A stretch of DNA of 64,000 nucleotides from positions 1 through 64,000 of the IMG/VR virus record IMGVR_UViG_3300008110_000034; one strand, 5' to 3'. The translations under genes and the position numbers were made by a program. Shown piece by piece: positions 19,847-28,553 of this stretch; within the stretch, counting starts at the first letter, position 1; the number at the start of each line of letters is the position of its first letter. The notes beneath the pieces were generated by a model that did no database searches, was not told the DNA's origin, and worked only from the letters and a program-made list of their open reading frames with translations. This DNA is from a virus.

Positions 19847-20456
19847 TGTAAAATATAGCACTAAGCTATTCCAGAACAAATACAAATATAAAGTTGTATT
19901 CACTTCTGGAGTAGCTGGCTGGTTTCGAGGATCCAATGTTGAAAGAATAAACAAGTTTTATCATAGTAATGATGATCTTTATTATTCAAGACGTGCATCT
20001 TCTTCTGACAAAAATCGCGCACACAAATTAGCATCAACACTGGCTGCTATTGAAAATTGGCAGTCAAGAGTAGAAACTCCAACAGTTAGTATCTATATCA
20101 ATACTGAAAAAGATCTAGAAGCAATAGTTAATGTTTGTAAAAATGAAATAAAATACATAGAAATTCCAGATCCTAATCATGTAAATTCGTTGACAGAAGG
20201 TACAATTTTAGTTAAAAAGTTAAATTTTGGTTTTAAAGTAACACTAGGTGTATCTGGACAGTGCCATGCTAATTTTGTACAATGGTGCGAAAACAATCCA
20301 AAAATAAGATTGCCTAAACGTGCAGCCAAGGATCTAAGCAAGGATCGAAGTTCGGGCGGTGGGTTTTTTTATGTCAAAGATGAAAAAAGTCTCACTATGG
20401 TTAAAATGTTCCTAGGACGTACAATTACTAAAGTAGAAACTGTAGTTCAAGCTTAA
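19824..20456 (+). CDS. Hypothetical protein
   Basis: 210-aa ORF overlapping the end of clpA. Confidence 0.55.
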   Translation: MKFLKSHNVKYSTKLFQNKYKYKVVFTSGVAGWFRGSNVERINKFYHSNDDLYYSRRASSSDKNRAHKLASTLAAIENWQSRVETPTVSIYINTEKDLEAIVNVCKNEIKYIEIPDPNHVNSLTEGTILVKKLNFGFKVTLGVSGQCHANFVQWCENNPKIRLPKRAAKDLSKDRSSGGGFFYVKDEKSLTMVKMFLGRTITKVETVVQA

Positions 20457-20468
20457 AAGCTGTTTATT

Positions 20469-20506
20469 AAGAGTCTCGATACGATAAATATCGTAAAGGG
20501 GCTTTT
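20469..20506 (+). terminator. Long hairpin (terminator-like) with a late promoter TAAATA at its apex
   Basis: AAGAGTCTC/GGGGCTTTT outer stem, TACGAT/ATCGTA inner stem; TAAATA at 20486-20491. Confidence 0.6.
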
Positions 20507-20508
20507 TT

Positions 20509-22185
20509 ATGACTACATCATTACTAAGAAATTATATAGATATTTTAAACGAACAACAATCTAATCAAGTCAAAGTACCTCCAATTCCTGCTCTTCCTCC
20601 AACTGATGGGGAACTTAATGGAGGCGAAAAAGTCTATTCTAATCCCGATGGCACAAGATCATATGCTGGAGCATTTGGCAAATTTACATATGATAAATCC
20701 GGCAAGGCAATAAAATATGCCACTCCTAATCTAGGCGGATTTGGAAAAGAGATTGATTTGCAAACCGGCCTTGTTAATACAGATGCGCAGGTAGGCGACA
20801 TTAAAATGTCTACTAAACAGCGTCCAGATCAGAGCACAGTCACTAGTGCTAGTACTTCTGTTGGTGCTAATACTGTTTCTATGGATCAAGGTATAGGATT
20901 TGGTGGTGCAGGCAAGGATGTTGAACAAGGTGGGAATAAAATTTATAGCGTAACTGGTCCTGATCCAGAAGATAAAAGACAAGAACCAGATAAACAAAGT
21001 TTCGTTGGTAGAAAACCATCGCAACAAGAGCTAGGTGTGTTAATGAAGGAATCTAATAAAATGTCATTAAGAAAATATTTAGATATACTAAATGAAGGTC
21101 CTCCTCCGGGAGTAGGGCCCAATGCTGCTCCTAAAAAACAAGCAGCACCAACTATGCAACAAAGAGCAGATCAATTAGCCGCAGCAGATTCTCAAACAGG
21201 ACAAGGCATGAGAGATATTGAAAAAGGTAATTATGCTGGCGGAGCAGTAGGAGTAGCTAAAGGTGTAAACCAAATGGCCAATGCTGCTGGTTTGTCGTTT
21301 TTAGATAAACTAAAAATGGGCTGGATGTTTGCCAAGGCTGGAGTAAGAGGACTAATCACTGGATTAAAAGCAGGAGATGCCGGTGCAGGAGCAAATGCGG
21401 CTGCTGCTAGTCTGATAGGCGAAGTTATTCCAGAAGTACACAAGTATGTAAATAGTCCTAATTTTGCAAAAGAATTCGAAGCTGGCGTAATGAAGATGAA
21501 GGATAGTCCTGATCCTAAAAATAAAGAAATGTATCAAAAATATATGTCAGGAGAGCTAACTGCTAATAGTTTCAAAGCCTATGTAAATCGTCAATATGAT
21601 GATTATTTAAAGATGCAAAAAGGTCAGAATGCATCAGGAGATGTAGATGATAATATGTATACAACACCTTCTGCTCCTATGAATACTAGTAATTACTCGG
21701 CACAAACTCCGACTCCAGCAGAAGGAATACAATATAAAAATAAAAGTCTTCTAGAGCATATCGAAGAAATAGAAAATGAAGGGTCGTTAAGTTCTGGAGA
21801 TTATTTCCATATAGAACTAGCAGAAGATGAAGGCATTGAAACTTGGGTCATTGCTGAGTGGAGTGAATCTGTATTGATCGAAGCAGACTCTGCTACTCTT
21901 AAATTATTAGAAGAACACGGCTGTACCTTCCATGATGAATTAACAGAAGCAGAATACCAAGGACGCAGCGTGTCATTAGGCAAACCCATGGCTGGCGATG
22001 TTAAAAAATCTAAAGTTTATGTTAAGAAGCCAAATGGCAAAGTAGTTAAAGTAAATTTCGGCGACAAAAAGTTAAGTATTAAAAAACATATTCCTGGTCG
22101 CAGAAAATCTTTTAGAGCAAGACACAATTGTGCTAATCCAGGACCACGTTGGAAGGCACGTTACTGGTCATGCAGAGCATGGTAA
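20509..22185 (+). CDS. Multi-module probable internal head protein
   Basis: Leader LRNYIDILNE recurs internally as LRKYLDILNE; basic C-terminal KVNFG...RRKSFRARHNC...ARYWSC module. Confidence 0.55.
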   Translation: MTTSLLRNYIDILNEQQSNQVKVPPIPALPPTDGELNGGEKVYSNPDGTRSYAGAFGKFTYDKSGKAIKYATPNLGGFGKEIDLQTGLVNTDAQVGDIKMSTKQRPDQSTVTSASTSVGANTVSMDQGIGFGGAGKDVEQGGNKIYSVTGPDPEDKRQEPDKQSFVGRKPSQQELGVLMKESNKMSLRKYLDILNEGPPPGVGPNAAPKKQAAPTMQQRADQLAAADSQTGQGMRDIEKGNYAGGAVGVAKGVNQMANAAGLSFLDKLKMGWMFAKAGVRGLITGLKAGDAGAGANAAAASLIGEVIPEVHKYVNSPNFAKEFEAGVMKMKDSPDPKNKEMYQKYMSGELTANSFKAYVNRQYDDYLKMQKGQNASGDVDDNMYTTPSAPMNTSNYSAQTPTPAEGIQYKNKSLLEHIEEIENEGSLSSGDYFHIELAEDEGIETWVIAEWSESVLIEADSATLKLLEEHGCTFHDELTEAEYQGRSVSLGKPMAGDVKKSKVYVKKPNGKVVKVNFGDKKLSIKKHIPGRRKSFRARHNCANPGPRWKARYWSCRAW

Positions 22186-22190
22186 AAGAG

Positions 22191-22532
22191 ATGGATAAAA
22201 TGAACCCTTTAGATATTACAAGAAAAAAAGATAAAGATACATTAGATTTTGATCTAATTGAAGATGTTATCTATTTTATGAACAATGATCCAGAATTTTA
22301 TAGGAAAACCTATTTTCCATTTATTCATAAATTTAAAAGTTATATAGATGCAGGTCGCAGATTAAAACCTGTAGTGTTTGCACCTATGTGTAAAAAGGCT
22401 TTTGATTTATATCAAAATAAATTTCCTCAAGAAAGTATGCATTTAGAATTATCTAAATCAGATTATAAAGACATGTGCGGTAAATTACACGAAAAAGAAA
22501 TGACCAATATTAAAGAGGGTCATTATGATTAA
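22191..22532 (+). CDS. Hypothetical protein
   Basis: ATG just after the previous stop; start uncertain (22191 or 22200). Confidence 0.55.
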   Translation: MDKMNPLDITRKKDKDTLDFDLIEDVIYFMNNDPEFYRKTYFPFIHKFKSYIDAGRRLKPVVFAPMCKKAFDLYQNKFPQESMHLELSKSDYKDMCGKLHEKEMTNIKEGHYD

Positions 22533-23268
22533 TGTAAATGAAGGTGGAAACGTAATTCCAGGTGCTAAAGAAATTAATAAGAGAAATTTCCAAAGTGCAA
22601 TGCAAAATCTTCAACAGGTATTACCAGATGGCATCAATGTCTATCCTATTGGCAGTGCAGGTAAGAAAGAAATCAGTAGTGATATTGATGCACTGATTGA
22701 CGCAAAAGAATTAATGTCAGTTTTTCCTGCAAAAGAATTAAAATTAAGTCGTAAGGCTCTAGAGGACTATTTTAAAGAAAACGGATACTTTGCCGCAAGA
22801 ACAGGTGTTAGTATTCACGTAGGCATTCCTACTGGCGAAGGCGAGGAAATTGTACAAGTTGATCTTATGGCTGTAGAAAATGCTGCTGAAGTCCAACCTT
22901 TACACACTCATGACTACGACGAACCTACAATGAAGGGCGGAACCTTACACGCTATATGGGCAGATTTAGCTAATATGAGTCAACTTCCTGGTCATGAAAG
23001 TCTAATGATGAGTCCTTATAAAGGATTGGTTGATAGAAATACTAAAGAATTAATAACCAGCGATAAAGACAAAATCGCAAAAGTAATTATTGGATCAACG
23101 GCAAGTGCAGATGACATGGGATCACCTAAAAAAATGCTAAAGGCTCTAGAACCATATACTGAAAAGTATCAAGCAATTAAAACAAAATATTTTCCACAAA
23201 CAGAAAGTTATGTTCCTGGAACAACTACTTGGTTTAGGCAAATGATTAATATAGCGAGTGTCCGATGA
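22525..23268 (+). CDS. Pol-beta superfamily nucleotidyltransferase
   Basis: IGSAGKKEISSDIDALID (GS...DxD) plus a downstream VQVDLM third Asp. Confidence 0.7.
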   Translation: MINVNEGGNVIPGAKEINKRNFQSAMQNLQQVLPDGINVYPIGSAGKKEISSDIDALIDAKELMSVFPAKELKLSRKALEDYFKENGYFAARTGVSIHVGIPTGEGEEIVQVDLMAVENAAEVQPLHTHDYDEPTMKGGTLHAIWADLANMSQLPGHESLMMSPYKGLVDRNTKELITSDKDKIAKVIIGSTASADDMGSPKKMLKALEPYTEKYQAIKTKYFPQTESYVPGTTTWFRQMINIASVR

Positions 23269-24419
23269 AATTAAGAGAATTGTTTGAAGCTGCTGCTCCT
23301 AAAGTTGGTAGAAAATATCAACACGTAGAAGACCTTGTAATTACTAATGGAGTACAGGGCGGGCTTCACGCAGTCGAAAGACTTAGAGATATGGTAGATG
23401 ATCCTAAGACTATTGAATTAAAGTGGGACGGAAATCCAGTAGTCTATTGGGGCAGAGATGCTGAAGGACGGTTTAGTCTTATACCTAAAAATGCTTGGGA
23501 ATACTTAAAAAGAGGCAAGCAGGAATTAGAAAACGGTATTAAAACTGTGATGTACGATCCCGAAGATATAAAAGATTTTATATTAGGCACAGGAAAACTA
23601 GATCCAGCAAAACAAAAAGAAAGAGAAAAGTTTGCTCAAGAAATTTCTGGATTATGGAATTATTTTGAAAAAGCCAGTCCACAAAAGGGATATGTTGAAG
23701 GCGGAATACTTTTTAGACCTGGACAGCCTGGCTGGTCCGGAGATCCTAATCCTTCAACGGGTGAATTTGATTTTACTCCAAATATAACTTCGTTTCATAT
23801 AGGACCAGAATCACAACTATATGAAAAAATTAAAAGAGCTAAAATAATGGTAGCAGTGACCGGCTATTACGAAGAACTTGGTAGCAGTGACGAGTTAAGA
23901 TATCCAGATGCAGAAGCACTCAGCACAGAAGATGTTATAGTTCAAGGTACTACTTACATTGAAAAACTAGAAGGATTAGAAGTTCCAGAATTAGATCAAA
24001 TAGAAGAATACTTAAATAATCCAAAAGTTTCTAGTGCTATTTCAAGGTACTTGTCTCCAAAGCCTGGACTGAGTAATCCGGGAAGTGTTTTATATACGTT
24101 TTTAAATGCTAATCTTAGAAAAAATAATCTTACTCAAGCATTTCAAAGTTGGTCGCCAACAAAATTAAGTGCTGGACAAAATCAAAAAATGTTGTCAGAC
24201 ATGGAAGGATTAGATTCTACTCTAAAAGCTGTAGAGATGCTTACAAATGCTAAAATGAAAGTGATTGCTGCTGCTAGTTTAGGAACACACGGCGGTATAA
24301 GACAAACTAAACCAGAAGGATATGCACAAGCACATCCAGGTAAAAAATTTAAATATGACATTCCTGGTCAATTTATAAAAGCGATTGATCAAGATACTTG
24401 GTCTCCAAAAAAGGATTGA
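23265..24419 (+). CDS. Ligase-like covalent nucleotidyltransferase
   Basis: ELKWDG (KxDG motif I); late KPEGY; leader MKLRELFE. Confidence 0.55.
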   Translation: MKLRELFEAAAPKVGRKYQHVEDLVITNGVQGGLHAVERLRDMVDDPKTIELKWDGNPVVYWGRDAEGRFSLIPKNAWEYLKRGKQELENGIKTVMYDPEDIKDFILGTGKLDPAKQKEREKFAQEISGLWNYFEKASPQKGYVEGGILFRPGQPGWSGDPNPSTGEFDFTPNITSFHIGPESQLYEKIKRAKIMVAVTGYYEELGSSDELRYPDAEALSTEDVIVQGTTYIEKLEGLEVPELDQIEEYLNNPKVSSAISRYLSPKPGLSNPGSVLYTFLNANLRKNNLTQAFQSWSPTKLSAGQNQKMLSDMEGLDSTLKAVEMLTNAKMKVIAAASLGTHGGIRQTKPEGYAQAHPGKKFKYDIPGQFIKAIDQDTWSPKKD

Positions 24420-24420
24420 A

Positions 24421-26094
24421 ATGAAAATTAATAATTTATTTGAAGATTTAACAAGAACAGGCGAGAGTAAAAGTGCAGTAGTAGGCTGGGGACGTGGTAT
24501 GGGACATAAAGGCCACATGTTCTTAGCCAGTAGCGTAGTAACTCATGCAGATGAACTTTCAGCAGATCCGTATTTTGTAGTTAGCAAAACAGTGGGCAAG
24601 GATGATCCAATAACCCCAGAAGAAAAATTAGAAATTTATAAAAAAGTTTTCCCAGAAAAAGGACATATTTTTCAAACTGCTAGCGACGAGATGCCAGACC
24701 TTACGAGAGTGTTATCAAAATTAAATAGTTTAGGCTATGATAATGTTACTGTAGTTGTAGGCGCAGATCAAAAAAAAGCACTGAGCTATGTTCAAAATTA
24801 TAATGGAACTCCTGATAAAAAAGGAAATATTCCATATAGTTTTAAAGAATTGAATGTAATTAGTAGACAAGAAACTAATGATCCTAATGCAGGAGAGGAA
24901 GGACCAAGGGCCACACCAATGAGAGATATATTAAAAAATCCAAATGCAAGCGAAGAAGAAAAATTTAAATTATGGCGATCATCAATGAGCCCCGAATTAA
25001 GCGACCAAGAAGTAAAAGACTTAATGAGTAAGGCTTCGGATCGCATGGGGGAATTCACTGGGAAAAAAGATAAGGTTGCAGAATCAGTAACTCCTGATCA
25101 ATTTAAAAAAACTATGCTTTCTGAAGTAAAAAGACTTGTAGAAGAAATAAAGAAAGACCCTTATATCTCTAAAATGTTAAAAGAAGATAATCAGGATGAA
25201 GACTACTATTATGTAGTTCGTCGTCAGACTGAACAAGACATTGAATTAGAAATGCCTTCAAAGATGTGGACCGGTCTTAAACCTAAACATGCCACATACG
25301 AAGAAGCCAAAGCAGCATACGAAGAACTAAAGAACAAGCATCCTAGAGAAAAGTTCACAGTTACAAGACATCCTAGGACATCTCACATAGGTGGCAAACC
25401 TAATCGAGAGTTTCCAGAAGGTGTGGCGGAAGGCTCTGACAATATTGAACAAATCAAAGCCAAAATTCGAGAGTTAGAAGCAGAACAGGAAGAAAACAAA
25501 TATGGTTCTTTTGCCTATGACAGTGTAGACGCTGAACTGCAATTTTTATACGGAAAGTTAGATAAAATTAAAAAGCAAGGTGTGGCGGAAGGCTCAGATG
25601 ATATTGAGGATACACGACAATGGAGAGATGCTATTGCTTTAGCCAAATCACAAAAGGCGATCCGTCAGGCTCGATATGGCAAAGACCAAAAGTTTTATGC
25701 CGACGGCACACCAGTAACTCCTGAGGAAGTTGCTCGCAGAGCCGCAGAAAGAAAAGCCAAAAAGAAAGGTGTGGCGGAAGGCTCTGGCGGTGCCAGATAT
25801 AAAATAAAAAGCATTGGTAAAGACAAGAACGGTGATTATTACATCAGCCCTAACACAGGCAAAAAAGTTTACAAGAATGCTAAAGTGGGTGATCACGAAA
25901 CTCCACGCGGGGAAGTAAAACCTAATGTGGCGGAAGGTAAAATTAAAATAAAAATTAAACATCCGCCAGAAACTGCTCAAGAAAAGTTATATAAGAAGCA
26001 TCAAGAATTAAGAAAGAAAAGTGGCTTACCTGATCCAGAAGAATATAAAAAGAAAGCAGCCGAGCTGAGCCACCTAAACCAAGAAACTTTGTAG
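24421..26094 (+). CDS. HxGH nucleotidyltransferase fused to a GVAEG-delimited module array
   Basis: Leader MKINNLFE; GRGMGHKGH, VVVGADQ, RATPMR; C-terminal modules separated by GVAEG. Confidence 0.7.
   Translation: MKINNLFEDLTRTGESKSAVVGWGRGMGHKGHMFLASSVVTHADELSADPYFVVSKTVGKDDPITPEEKLEIYKKVFPEKGHIFQTASDEMPDLTRVLSKLNSLGYDNVTVVVGADQKKALSYVQNYNGTPDKKGNIPYSFKELNVISRQETNDPNAGEEGPRATPMRDILKNPNASEEEKFKLWRSSMSPELSDQEVKDLMSKASDRMGEFTGKKDKVAESVTPDQFKKTMLSEVKRLVEEIKKDPYISKMLKEDNQDEDYYYVVRRQTEQDIELEMPSKMWTGLKPKHATYEEAKAAYEELKNKHPREKFTVTRHPRTSHIGGKPNREFPEGVAEGSDNIEQIKAKIRELEAEQEENKYGSFAYDSVDAELQFLYGKLDKIKKQGVAEGSDDIEDTRQWRDAIALAKSQKAIRQARYGKDQKFYADGTPVTPEEVARRAAERKAKKKGVAEGSGGARYKIKSIGKDKNGDYYISPNTGKKVYKNAKVGDHETPRGEVKPNVAEGKIKIKIKHPPETAQEKLYKKHQELRKKSGLPDPEEYKKKAAELSHLNQETL
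25418..25937 (+). repeat. In-frame dispersed direct-repeat array (AAGGTGTGGCGGAAGGCTC)
   Basis: Identical 19-mers at 25418-25436, 25577-25595 and 25766-25784; 12-nt core TGTGGCGGAAGG at 25926-25937. Periods 159, 189 and 156 nt. Confidence 0.95.
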
Positions 26095-26249
26095 CTAAAA
26101 ACGCAAAAACAGCAGGTGCAGGCAAGCATAAAGATGCTAAGAAAGCAGAAAAGCAAGGAAAAGTTAAGCACAAAGCACAGAGCATACCATTAGATGAATC
26201 TAAATGGGGGCCTGCTATGAAAGCATATGCTAAAAGAAACATACCCTAG
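26049..26249 (+). other. -1 frame continuation of the 24421 gene (basic KPRNFVAKNAK module, no start codon of its own)
   Basis: Open frame EPPKPRNFVAKNAKTAGAGKHKDAKKAEKQGKVKHK...NIP* overlaps the end of the upstream ORF. Confidence 0.55.
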
Positions 26250-26312
26250 GACCGTTTGGGGTTATGTGGCCGGCTGCTGGCCCGATCAACGGATTCGCTA
26301 CCCTGAAGATCT
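26250..26312 (+). ncRNA. Candidate structured RNA element (unassigned)
   Basis: GC-rich intergenic island: CCGTT/AACGG stem enclosing a GGCCGG/CTGGCC hairpin; possible GGGT/ACCC pseudoknot. Confidence 0.35.
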
Positions 26313-26322
26313 AAAGTGAGCA

Positions 26323-26328
26323 TAAATA
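26323..26328 (+). promoter_or_regulatory. Late promoter core TAAATA (near-leaderless dps mRNA)
   Basis: 7 nt before ATG 26336, with no SD. Confidence 0.55.
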
Positions 26329-26335
26329 TTACACT

Positions 26336-26770
26336 ATGGACAAATTAGAGAACGCACTTAAAATTGCCTTTGCAAGCGAATTTAGCTTTTATTTAAAAGC
26401 TCATAACTATCACTGGAATGTCACAGGACCTATGTTCCCACAACTTCACGACCTATTTGGAAAAATATATGAAGAAGTTTACGAAAGTATAGATCAGTTC
26501 GCTGAAGAAATTCGTGTTCTAGGCACATTTGTTCCAGCTAGTTATACTCGTTTTAGTATGTTAAGTCAAATTGAAGACGAGACTAGTATTCCAGAAGCTC
26601 AAGGTATGATTAAAGAATTGTTTGAAGATTCAGAGCGTATGATAAAAATCTTAAAATTATCCTTTGACCTAGCTAACTCCAGCGGAGAAGATGGTCTAGC
26701 TGATTTCTTGGCTGGTCGACTTGATGCTCATAAAAAGCATTCCTGGATGCTACGTTCAACTCTACAATGA
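26336..26770 (+). CDS. dps: Dps/ferritin-like DNA-protection protein
   Basis: FYLKAHNYHWNV, LHDLF, DQFAEEIR, HKKHSWML. Confidence 0.9.
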   Translation: MDKLENALKIAFASEFSFYLKAHNYHWNVTGPMFPQLHDLFGKIYEEVYESIDQFAEEIRVLGTFVPASYTRFSMLSQIEDETSIPEAQGMIKELFEDSERMIKILKLSFDLANSSGEDGLADFLAGRLDAHKKHSWMLRSTLQ

Positions 26771-26985
26771 CCCTAGAAGAATTAAAAAAATTATCCGGTA
26801 TAAGTTCACATAAAGGATACCAAGTGTGGGAAGGTAGTAATATTAGTCTCACAGGGAATGAAAAAGGCGAACTTATGAAAAAACATAAGATTAAACCAGG
26901 AACTCCAGAATGGTTCCAACTATGGTTTAGCCTTCCTTATTTAACCGGTGAAAACCCTATAGGTCATTCCAATGAAAGTTTATGA
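26767..26985 (+). CDS. Small hypothetical protein
   Basis: Coupled ORF; LEELKKLSGI motif. Confidence 0.55.
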   Translation: MTLEELKKLSGISSHKGYQVWEGSNISLTGNEKGELMKKHKIKPGTPEWFQLWFSLPYLTGENPIGHSNESL

Positions 26986-27574
26986 AATCGTCTCCGAAGC
27001 TGCTGTTCTGCAACGTGTACCTAAACTAGGTGCAGATGCTATCATAAATGTTGTCAAACAACGATTATCAGGAAAAATTGCCAGTGTTGTAGCTAAAAGT
27101 ATTCCTGTTGTAGGAACTGTAATTGCACTTAAAGGTGCGTATGATAAACTAAAGAGTGTTTGGCAAAGTGGACAAAGTATCAGTCAGGGGGATATAATTG
27201 GCGCAGGACTTGATGTAGCAAGTACCTTTGGGTCATTCGTAACTACTATTCCCGCTACTGCCTACAGCATGGCTAGAGAATTATATGCAGAAGCCTATGC
27301 TGGCATCAAAGGGGAAGCAGTTACTCTTGAACAAGACCTAGCATCGGACCCGCAAGGAACTAAACAACGACTTAACACATTAGTGGCTAGTATTGCAGAT
27401 ACAATTAAAAAAGAAGTAGATTTAGCCATGGCTAAAGTTAGAGGAACACCTCAAACACCCCCTACTGCTGTAGCACAAGCACCTGCTGCTAGACCTGCTG
27501 CTGCACCTGCTGCTGCACCTGCTGCTGCGCCTGTAGCACAAGCACCTGCCCCTAAACCCGTAGCTCGGGTTTAA
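26972..27574 (+). CDS. Probable internal head protein with Ala/Pro tail
   Basis: Leader MKVYEIVSE; GCACCTGCTGCT tandem repeats near the 3' end. Confidence 0.5.
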   Translation: MKVYEIVSEAAVLQRVPKLGADAIINVVKQRLSGKIASVVAKSIPVVGTVIALKGAYDKLKSVWQSGQSISQGDIIGAGLDVASTFGSFVTTIPATAYSMARELYAEAYAGIKGEAVTLEQDLASDPQGTKQRLNTLVASIADTIKKEVDLAMAKVRGTPQTPPTAVAQAPAARPAAAPAAAPAAAPVAQAPAPKPVARV

Positions 27575-27638
27575 AAGTTAAAAATATCAAAGATATAATA
27601 ACATAAAAAAAGGTTAAATATACTGTAAGGAGAACAGT

Positions 27639-28268
27639 ATGTTTGAATTTGATTTCACCCTAAATAAATTAAAAAAAGTAGTACACAAAAACAAAGAGTT
27701 GGATATTTGGTATAATGCATTTAATACCTATCTTCCGCAATTTTACATCACAACTCCTGCTCGAGTAGCAGGATTCATTGCACAATGCCAGCACGAAAGT
27801 GCCGATTTTACTGCTCTGCAAGAGAATCTAAACTACGGTGCTAAAGGCCTAAGAGGATTATTTGGTAAGTACTTCCCAGATGACGCATCAGCAAAGGCAT
27901 ACGAACGTAAGCCTGAAAAAATTGCTAACAAAATATATGGCGGACGAATGGGGAACGGTCCAGAATCAAGTGGTGATGGATGGAAATATCGTGGACGTGG
28001 TATTCTACAAATAACAGGTAAAGACAATTACACAAAATGTAGTCGTGATCTGTTTAAAGATGATACCTTAATAGAAAATCCAGATTATGTAAGATATCCA
28101 GAATATGCGGTTTTAACAGCCTGTTGGTTCTGGTATAAAAATCAACTCAATGCAATTTGCGACAAAGGTGATATTGTACTACTAAGTAAAAGAATTAACG
28201 GTGGTACTATTGGTATGGAAGATCGTATCAAGCACTGGAACGATGCATTGGATGCATTTGAAGGATAA
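27639..28268 (+). CDS. Glycoside hydrolase family 19 endolysin
   Basis: FIAQCQHES, ENLNY, YRGRGILQITG, RINGG; TAAATA at 27615 and AAGGAG SD. Confidence 0.88.
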   Translation: MFEFDFTLNKLKKVVHKNKELDIWYNAFNTYLPQFYITTPARVAGFIAQCQHESADFTALQENLNYGAKGLRGLFGKYFPDDASAKAYERKPEKIANKIYGGRMGNGPESSGDGWKYRGRGILQITGKDNYTKCSRDLFKDDTLIENPDYVRYPEYAVLTACWFWYKNQLNAICDKGDIVLLSKRINGGTIGMEDRIKHWNDALDAFEG

Positions 28269-28270
28269 TT

Positions 28271-28528
28271 ATGAGGTTAAGGGAGCTTCTTGGCGAAACT
28301 GCAACTGCTGGAGCCACTACCGCTGCTAATGTAGGCACGGTAGTTAGTCCTCATATTGCCATAGGTAAAGATCGAGGAAAGAAAAGTTATACAGGTAGTC
28401 CAGGCAAATCAGGTACAAAAGCACCAAGTGTACCAAAAGCAGTTCAAGCTAAAAACTCTGACGGCACTGCTAAAAATGCTCTTGATATGAAGGGCAACAT
28501 TTTTGGCGGCGGCGCTGTCAAACGATAA
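28271..28528 (+). CDS. Small probable internal head protein
   Basis: Leader MRLRELLGE. Confidence 0.5.
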   Translation: MRLRELLGETATAGATTAANVGTVVSPHIAIGKDRGKKSYTGSPGKSGTKAPSVPKAVQAKNSDGTAKNALDMKGNIFGGGAVKR

Positions 28529-28553
28529 ATATAGAATAAATTTGGAGAAACTC

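Noticed and set aside
25418-25937. CRISPR array interpretation of the 19-nt repeats
   Set aside because: Spacers are 140-170 nt, the array is in frame within a CDS, the repeat is not palindromic, and there are no cas genes.
26243-26312. Assignment to a known riboswitch (ykkC/guanidine, SAH, preQ1)
   Set aside because: Only short partial resemblances (CUAGG, CUGG.CCGA); the conserved cores are not matched, so it is kept as unassigned.
27415-27560. GCACCTGCTGCT and GCTCCTGCT tandem repeats (also 13966-14007)
   Set aside because: Ordinary Ala/Pro low-complexity protein tails with no sign of a DNA-level role.
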